Shown here: in pieces, positions 57,937 through 64,000 of the stretch
Layout of the letters: each line of letters starts with the position of its first letter
How positions within the stretch are numbered: position 1 is the first letter of the stretch
IMG/VR virus record: IMGVR_UViG_3300001683_000001
Span: 16,647 to 80,646 of that record
Source of the DNA: a virus
DNA length: 64,000 nucleotides
Direction: 5' to 3' (one strand)
Program-made: the position numbers and the translations under genes
Notes under the pieces: generated by a model
Seen by the model: the letters and a program-made list of their open reading frames with translations, nothing else
The model's database searches: none
Told to the model about the DNA's origin: nothing

Positions 57937-58217
57937 GAGTGGGAAGAAGGCGCAAGTGTGACCGAGGTCATCCAAGAGCAGAGGCCATCATCACCTACTT
58001 GGTCAAGTTCCCCAAAGCCACCGCCAATCAGGTAGTCGAAGGTGCGCGATTTCGGAACGGCAAACTCCTACGCTCACACGGTCGGCTCGGTATGACTACG
58101 AGGGAGATGACGGCCATGTTGATGAGCAACCCCAAACTGTTCAGACGCGAGGTCAATCCTATGCGTGGTTCAGGTGGCCTCAAGTGGTCTGTGCGAGAAG
58201 GCGTGGGGCCTGAATGA
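57933..58217 (+). CDS. Winged-helix protein (DUF3860-like)
   Basis: AIITYL...ATANQV...TTREMTAML...F......W. Confidence 0.55.
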   Translation: MRVGRRRKCDRGHPRAEAIITYLVKFPKATANQVVEGARFRNGKLLRSHGRLGMTTREMTAMLMSNPKLFRREVNPMRGSGGLKWSVREGVGPE

Positions 58218-58297
58218 ATGATGACTCCAACCCTCTGCGGATGTGACCATTGTAGCCGACAGACGAGCCTGTTGGTATGGATAGGCTGTGAGAGAAA

Positions 58298-58588
58298 ATG
58301 ACTGACGACCCTGACGACCCCTTGCTCGACCTGATGGAAGTGACGACAAGTCACTACAACAATGGGGAGTATGAGAAGGCGGCGGTGTCCATCAACAAGG
58401 TATGGGTTGGGACCTACGAGGCTGTCCATGTGGCTCACGACATGATACCTCTCATAGCACACCATCTGCTTGAGCGAGTCGAGTTATTCCCGACGGTGAC
58501 TCATTCTGAAAAGTGGTGGTCCGATTCATTCACATCCTCGCTCAATGCAATCTCATCTCTGTGCCAAGAAGCACTCGACAGATTGTGA
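58298..58588 (+). CDS. Hypothetical protein
   Basis: 96-aa ORF. Confidence 0.55.
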   Translation: MTDDPDDPLLDLMEVTTSHYNNGEYEKAAVSINKVWVGTYEAVHVAHDMIPLIAHHLLERVELFPTVTHSEKWWSDSFTSSLNAISSLCQEALDRL

Positions 58589-58752
58589 GATTTCGCCTCG
58601 CCCCGCGCTCAGTCATGTTCGTGCTTCAACGAGTGGTTTGAGGACTGAGCGTTCTGAGTCACTATACGAGCGTCAGGGAGCGCGCTCAGGCGTGAAGGAG
58701 GTAATCGGATGGGCCAACCCGCACCCTATCGCTTAGAGTCGCTCAGATTGGC

Positions 58753-59301
58753 TTAGAATGAATCCCATACTGTGCCGACTACATCGTCGTTCCACAGGAT
58801 AATCTCAGCAACCCGGTCAGCCTCGATGGCCTCGCGTGTGCGTGTGCGAAGGGCCTTCACCCTCTCAAGTATCTCAGCGAGGTCGGATGCGAGGTCGGGC
58901 CATTGAGCAGAGAGGGTAGTGATGACCCTCGTTGGAGGCATCCCGAATTGGTAGGACTCACCGAAGGGGATGCCCCTCTCCTTGAGAATCCACCCGCCGT
59001 TCCACTCGCCCTTCCACAGACCGAGTGTTGTGAGCCTCTCCATGTGGCTCAGTTCGCCTCGGAGTTCGGCTCGCCGGTATTGTGCGCGGTCGGAGGTATC
59101 ACCCTCGATGCACCGGAACCCTCCGATGGTAATCTGCATCTTGCACCTCCAAGAGTCGAGGGTGATGTTGGCTATCCTGATACCCTCCGCTACCTCGGCC
59201 TCACACCACTCCCGACCGCTGTATGGATTCTGCTGTGTGAGCAGGGCCAAGTGGCTCAGGGAAGATGGTGTCCAATTGTGTGCTTTCATGAACCCGGCCA
59301 T
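58753..59301 (-). CDS. Hypothetical protein
   Basis: Last gene of the minus-strand operon; GGAGG before ATG 59301. Confidence 0.6.
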   Translation of the reverse strand: MAGFMKAHNWTPSSLSHLALLTQQNPYSGREWCEAEVAEGIRIANITLDSWRCKMQITIGGFRCIEGDTSDRAQYRRAELRGELSHMERLTTLGLWKGEWNGGWILKERGIPFGESYQFGMPPTRVITTLSAQWPDLASDLAEILERVKALRTRTREAIEADRVAEIILWNDDVVGTVWDSF

Positions 59302-59302
59302 C

Positions 59303-59524
59303 TCAGTTCGCCTCCTGAATCCAGCGGCCATGATGGACATTCCATATCTTGCCGCTGACGGCCTTGTTGGTGAAGGTCTTGCAGCGGGGGCAGACGAACT
59401 CACCTGTCCGGCACATCTCTGTGCGCTCTGCGCTGGTGAAGGGAATCCTGTCCTCCCACGCCATGTCCTTGTTAGGGCAAATCGGCACTCTTGTCTTGAG
59501 GCTGACTACCTTCTTCTCGCTCAT
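59303..59524 (-). CDS. Small Zn-ribbon protein
   Basis: CPRC..H; 1-nt gaps to both neighbours. Confidence 0.55.
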   Translation of the reverse strand: MSEKKVVSLKTRVPICPNKDMAWEDRIPFTSAERTEMCRTGEFVCPRCKTFTNKAVSGKIWNVHHGRWIQEAN

Positions 59525-59525
59525 C

Positions 59526-59948
59526 TCAATCCCTCCTGACCATGTTGACCAAATCCAATATCTTCACCCTCGTCCATGAGTCACGCCCATCGTAGCGTGT
59601 CGAACAATGGTCATACCCCGAATCTGTGCTGTCGAAGGCGACACTATCCCCTGCGTATCGGACATTCGCCACATACTTGCTTGAGTCGTAGTCCACATCA
59701 ATGATGTCGTAGTGGATGTCGCAGATGATGTCGTTCACAACAACCCACCAATGGTCATCCCCTGTGTCGTTGGTTCCGTTGACCAAAGTGAAGGCGTGGC
59801 GCACCGACTTAGGGAAGGCCAAGATGACCCTCGCAGCGGTGTTCCAGCATCGCCCGTCAGCGGCGTGGATGTTCTTCTTTGCACACCTCATATCAACATC
59901 CCAATCGGTGATGTCGCGGGTATCGCTTCGATGGTTCGTGAAGGACAT
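59526..59948 (-). CDS. Transglutaminase/papain-fold Cys-His-Asp protein
   Basis: GRCWNTA...DHWWVVVNDIICD. Confidence 0.55.
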   Translation of the reverse strand: MSFTNHRSDTRDITDWDVDMRCAKKNIHAADGRCWNTAARVILAFPKSVRHAFTLVNGTNDTGDDHWWVVVNDIICDIHYDIIDVDYDSSKYVANVRYAGDSVAFDSTDSGYDHCSTRYDGRDSWTRVKILDLVNMVRRD

Positions 59949-59949
59949 T

Positions 59950-60366
59950 TCAGTTCCCCCTGAACACTTGCTGGATTGAATCCATGAATGCCTTCTTGCC
60001 ACCCTGAGGCTTGAGGCAAGAGCAGACCTTTACACAACCTGCGACTCGTAGGGTTGCTTCTTCTTCAGTCATCTTATCCCAATACATCAGGTCGCCAATG
60101 TGGTCGCCAAGATAACGCATGACGAGGTTGTATGGATGTCCTATGAGAGTCGTCTGTTCAACGGTCATGTTATCGTAGTTCGTCTTGTTGTGTCGAGCGA
60201 CTCTGCGAGTGATGTCGCCGCATCCTATTCTGTGGGCTACACCATACTGCTGAGTCTTTGGAAGTTCGATGCCATTTTGCCCCATCATTTGCACTTGCAT
60301 TCCGTCTGTTGATGTCGGTAATTGTCCGATTGCGCCGTCGGCGTTTCGCTGATTCTCGCGGGTCAT
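59950..60366 (-). CDS. Hypothetical protein, first gene of the minus-strand operon
   Basis: H..GC..I...C.C motif; class C promoter motif at -32. Confidence 0.65.
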   Translation of the reverse strand: MTRENQRNADGAIGQLPTSTDGMQVQMMGQNGIELPKTQQYGVAHRIGCGDITRRVARHNKTNYDNMTVEQTTLIGHPYNLVMRYLGDHIGDLMYWDKMTEEEATLRVAGCVKVCSCLKPQGGKKAFMDSIQQVFRGN

Positions 60367-60455
60367 AGACCCGCAAGGGAGGGCTTCCCCCTTATCAATA
60401 CCAATGCTATCTGACTACTCCTGAGGTTCAGAATGGTGTTTTTCGACCACGCCGA
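60367..60455 (-). promoter_or_regulatory. Class C extended promoter (minus-strand operon)
   Basis: TTGATAAGGGGG at -32 and upstream TCGGCGTGGTC as at 14700. Confidence 0.65.
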
Positions 60456-60539
60456 ATGGACTTGCATTCGTTGGTGGTCTTCCTACGAAGCCGCACTTGC
60501 GTCCTACGAAGGCAGACCGATGACCGATGCAGGTTAGAG

Positions 60540-60794
60540 ATGAACGACGACACTATCAGAATGCTGAACGAATATGAACGAGAACGATGTCTTCGACAGA
60601 GGGTCGGTTCAGGCTGGAACTCACGAATGGAAAAGGAGGTGAACAGACACATGACCACATCATGCGCTACCTGCGACGAACGGGCGAGCCGACGGGCCAC
60701 AGCAAAGGCTTGGACACTCCGCCTTGCGGGAGGATTGCTATACGCTTCCTTTCATGTCGGCGCAACAGTCGCTATTGTAGTGACCCTTGCGTGA
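60540..60794 (+). CDS. Small protein with CxxC and a C-terminal TM helix
   Basis: CATC; hydrophobic C-terminus. Confidence 0.45.
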   Translation: MNDDTIRMLNEYERERCLRQRVGSGWNSRMEKEVNRHMTTSCATCDERASRRATAKAWTLRLAGGLLYASFHVGATVAIVVTLA

Positions 60795-60924
60795 GCCACG
60801 CTGAGTAGGGACATGGGGGATTGCCTACCCGACGCCCTTGCATACGCCTGAGCGCATTCCCTGATGTTCGCATGGGCTGGTTGCGGAGCGTCACCTCATA
60901 ACCCTCTGAGCGCAGGGCCTCTCA

Positions 60925-61236
60925 ATGGGTTCTGCACGGAGAAAGTCAGGAGATAAATACTCACCGCGAATCCTCAAATGGACTATCGAATATCTCGGCC
61001 ATGAACGGAAGGCAACCTGTCGTGAAATTATGGACTTCCTAATCGTCCGAACCAAGCAGGTCCCGACCACTCCACAGTTAGCCAACATCCTATGCAAGTC
61101 AGGCTACTTCATCAAGGAAGCAGACATCACCGTTAGGCGTGGGCCGGACAACCGAGGACCGAAGGCATCGAGGGTCGCTGAATGGTCTGTGAATACGGAC
61201 AAAGCGATGGAGCGTGGATGGCTCAAGCCCGAATAG
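60925..61236 (+). CDS. Winged-helix protein (DUF3860-like)
   Basis: IEYL...TCREIMDFL...PTTPQLANILCK..F...VAEW. Confidence 0.65.
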   Translation: MGSARRKSGDKYSPRILKWTIEYLGHERKATCREIMDFLIVRTKQVPTTPQLANILCKSGYFIKEADITVRRGPDNRGPKASRVAEWSVNTDKAMERGWLKPE

Positions 61237-61293
61237 GATTGACCGGAACAGACAAGAACACCGTTGAGCCAAGCGGGGGTTAATGCAGGTGAG

Positions 61294-61866
61294 ATGCAAT
61301 TGACTGACGAAGAATTGGTAGTGACTGATGATGATGCGCTGGTCAGGTGGGTAGCGATACTGCTGGTGGAAGGAAAATCAGAGTCAGAGATACGGAGGAT
61401 GCTGACTCAGAATGCCGTCTTGGAGTCGCGCGCCTCTCCCGACCGGTGGTCCCGGCTTATGTTCGCTGGAACATTGGCGGCGGAGGGCATGCAATCACTC
61501 GCAATCTCTCGCGCTGAACTCGACAGCACCGACTATCTCCGACTCGACTCGTATGTGCGACGCAAGCAGAACATTGACCGGCTGGAACGACTCATCGAAA
61601 AGGCCGAGCCGATGGCCGACAGCGTGAGCAAACTCAACAGCGTGTCCTTCATGGTCGGTGGCATCAACAACGCACAGGACAAGATGGACAAGATGACGGG
61701 TGCGGCGGCGTCCCAACCACAGGTCGTGGTCAATGTGGGCTACGACCCACTCGACCAATTCAGAGCGGTCATCCAACAGGAGGCAGGTGAGCCTCATGTT
61801 ATCGAGGTCAGCGATGCTACAATCTCCACCGTTCAGTCAGGCTCGGATGAGTCAGAGGAAGAATGA
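61294..61866 (+). CDS. Putative terminase small subunit
   Basis: N-terminal HTH-like segment (GKSESEIRRML), helical middle, QVVVNV strand, acidic tail; AGGTGA RBS. Confidence 0.4.
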   Translation: MQLTDEELVVTDDDALVRWVAILLVEGKSESEIRRMLTQNAVLESRASPDRWSRLMFAGTLAAEGMQSLAISRAELDSTDYLRLDSYVRRKQNIDRLERLIEKAEPMADSVSKLNSVSFMVGGINNAQDKMDKMTGAAASQPQVVVNVGYDPLDQFRAVIQQEAGEPHVIEVSDATISTVQSGSDESEEE

Positions 61867-61922
61867 ACCGTCGAGTGTGATGGTTGCGGAGCGTCACCGG
61901 TGACGAACTGATGCTGGTGCAA

Positions 61923-61938
61923 ATGTTCCCACGAACAT
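61923..61938. promoter_or_regulatory. Palindrome box + CG tract
   Basis: ATGTTCCCACGAACAT. Confidence 0.8.
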
Positions 61939-62491
61939 GTGCGGTCGCTCACGCGGGCGCGCGCGCCCACGCACGCGAGAGCGCGCAGGTCTGTGTGCGA
62001 AAACAATCCCGCCGAAATGATGTCGGGGGTCTTGCCGGATTCCATGACTTGTCGAGAGCAAGTGCCGACTTGTTGGGAATGTGTCTGCATCATTGTTTTG
62101 AGGAACATGCCGATGGCTGTGATGTGGGAACCTTGCGTGACGCTCCGCAACGCTCACTTCTACCTCCTTCTTCTCTCTCTATCTGACTACTACTACCTAC
62201 AATTAAATCAATGAGAGAGGTAGTGGGACACACACACGACAGGGGGTCAAGGTGTGTGTGTGTCTGAGGCTGTCGGGGGTCCGCGTAATTGTTGCTCAAC
62301 GCTCTCTCGTTTGACCTCCTTTTCGTTCCTTCCGAGGCCCCCCCTAACCTCGGCCAGCACCATCTTTAATCTCCAATCCACACGCACACTCTCCGCGAAA
62401 ACGAGAAGCCAATTTTTACTATGTTGTAGTCAGATTTTTGTTTTTTTCAGACTCCAAGAGGGGTCAGTCTGATAGGGAGTGATGGGGTCGG

Positions 62492-63046
62492 ATGTATATG
62501 CCGAGGCCAATCCGCACCGAAGACGACATCGTGGGTTTGACTCTCTACATCAACGAGGTTTGGTTCCTCACACCCATGCAACAGGCGAAGCACGCATTCA
62601 TGCGTCATGTCGCTGTGCGAATCGTGCGTGTGACCACAGGCATAGACGGGCGTGTTGATTCTCTACATGTCGTCAAGGCCAATTGCTTCTCACCCAAGTC
62701 GAGCAAGAAGTCCGATTGGTTCAGGAAGCATTGGAGATTGCCGACAGAGGCATTCGTCAAACCCATCCGTCGCTACCGCTGGTATGACCAAGAGAAGTTC
62801 CGCTGGAAGGTTGCCTATGGCGACCCTGAGAAGCGGTGGGAGCCTGAAGTCGCTCGCCTTCGCGCGCGTGGAGGTGCGGGCTGGACTGACGGGCAGGGAC
62901 CGACTCTCGGATGGTGGCTCAACAACCCCAAACTCATCGAGCAAATTGTCCTGAGCAGATGGGATGAGAGGAAGCATGGAGCGAGCGGACCTCAGTATCA
63001 GCAAATGTTCCCACGAACACGCGAGGATAGCCACTCAGCACCTTGA
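62492..63046 (+). CDS. Hypothetical W/R-rich protein
   Basis: 184-aa ORF. Confidence 0.6.
   Translation: MYMPRPIRTEDDIVGLTLYINEVWFLTPMQQAKHAFMRHVAVRIVRVTTGIDGRVDSLHVVKANCFSPKSSKKSDWFRKHWRLPTEAFVKPIRRYRWYDQEKFRWKVAYGDPEKRWEPEVARLRARGGAGWTDGQGPTLGWWLNNPKLIEQIVLSRWDERKHGASGPQYQQMFPRTREDSHSAP
63005..63020. promoter_or_regulatory. Palindrome box, inside CDS 62492-63046
   Basis: ATGTTCCCACGAACAC. Confidence 0.75.
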
Positions 63047-63131
63047 TTTTCATAATCTCACTAAACCATCTCTCTGAATGGTTGATATAGGTGGGAGGTA
63101 GTGGCGGTAGTCACCGGAGAGTGATAATCAG

Positions 63132-63278
63132 ATGACTATACACGACCAAAGTGAAGAAGTAATGACGAATGAAGATGCAAAGGGGGTGGTTCACACCTGC
63201 TCCATCTGCACCCTGCCGATGAGGCATCCCTACATCGTGGATGACTACCTCGGCAACAACGCCGGGGGTGACGAATGA
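63132..63278 (+). CDS. Small CxxC protein (not in the ORF track)
   Basis: MTIHDQ...CSIC...; ATGA overlap with the next gene. Confidence 0.45.
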   Translation: MTIHDQSEEVMTNEDAKGVVHTCSICTLPMRHPYIVDDYLGNNAGGDE

Positions 63279-63787
63279 TGGCTCTCAAACAAGACCTGAA
63301 TCTAACCCGCGACGACCGCCGGGCGTTCATCATCCTCATGCGAGGATTGGGCTACCAATTGAAGGAGATTGCCGCGACTATCGGCAGCAGCACTTCACAG
63401 GTGTCCTACGACCTCAAACTCATCAGAGCAGAGGCCGAGGAAGACGGCATCGCCGTTGAGGTGGGTGAGAGTGCCGAGAGGATTCGCGCGACCAAGATAG
63501 AAGCCGAGTTCGACCGCATCAACAAGGCGAGAGCCGAGGCCGACGCTGAGATGGACGAACTCTGCGAGGCCACCGGTCTGAATACGGGAACGCTCGACAA
63601 GTGGTTCTCAGGTTTAGGGACGATAGCCCATCTGTCGGAGAGGACTCTCGACACACCCTCGGTATTGGAGGGATTACATGAGCCGGACCAAGACCCGCCG
63701 GTCTTGATGGACCACGCCTTCTTGGTTGATGCTGGATTCCCCCGACACACGATTGCTTCGGTGAAGGACCCACAGGAGGAAGAATGA
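63275..63787 (+). CDS. HTH DNA-binding protein
   Basis: GYQLKEIAATIGSSTSQVSYDL. Confidence 0.7.
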   Translation: MMALKQDLNLTRDDRRAFIILMRGLGYQLKEIAATIGSSTSQVSYDLKLIRAEAEEDGIAVEVGESAERIRATKIEAEFDRINKARAEADAEMDELCEATGLNTGTLDKWFSGLGTIAHLSERTLDTPSVLEGLHEPDQDPPVLMDHAFLVDAGFPRHTIASVKDPQEEE

Positions 63788-64000
63788 ATGTCCGATGAGT
63801 TCCATGACTACGAACTTGAATTGGTTCGCAAGAACTCCGAGAAGACGGAGGACTTCAACATCCTACACGGCAAGGGCAAACTCCTGACCTGCGCTCTCTG
63901 CGAGGTCGAGTTCGTGGGATGGGGCCACATGCTCTCGCAAGGTGGAGTGTGCTGTGACGAGTGCAATTGGACTAAGGTTCTCCCGGCGAGAATGAAGGGG
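63788..64000 (+). CDS. Zn-finger protein (3' truncated)
   Basis: CALC...CCDECN..V.PAR; GGAGG RBS. Confidence 0.6.
   Translation, partial: MSDEFHDYELELVRKNSEKTEDFNILHGKGKLLTCALCEVEFVGWGHMLSQGGVCCDECNWTKVLPARMKG

Overview
About 64 kb of a tailed (HK97-fold, siphovirus-like) archaeal virus genome. The archaeal-type replisome and several small winged-helix proteins fit a Marine Group II (Poseidoniales) 'magrovirus'; this host assignment is an inference. Nearly all genes are on the + strand. Layout: (1) morphogenesis module, about 1-14.5 kb (prohead protease/scaffold, major capsid, adaptor, tail tube, chaperone with likely -1 frameshift, tape measure, PKD tail protein, hub); (2) a separate GpA-like terminase; (3) replication/repair block (XPD helicase, MCM-like ATPase, RPA-like SSB, RecA-fold ATPase, PD-(D/E)XK nuclease, RFC small and large, PolB with PIP box, PCNA-like clamp, PriS-PriL primase fusion, XPF nuclease); (4) a MoxR AAA / vWA pair; (5) a 2836-aa collagen-like fibre next to a methyltransferase-glycosyltransferase-2OG-Fe(II) oxygenase fusion; (6) small accessory genes. 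The most striking unexplained signal is a genome-wide non-coding grammar: about 20 copies of a 16-bp palindrome (RTGTTC-N4-GAACAY), mostly next to alternating CG tracts and at least 6 embedded in-frame in genes; a dispersed ~90-bp repeat family; six exact copies of a 15-mer; and three promoter-like motif classes about 30-32 nt upstream of start codons. All calls come from motif reading by eye; no database search was run.
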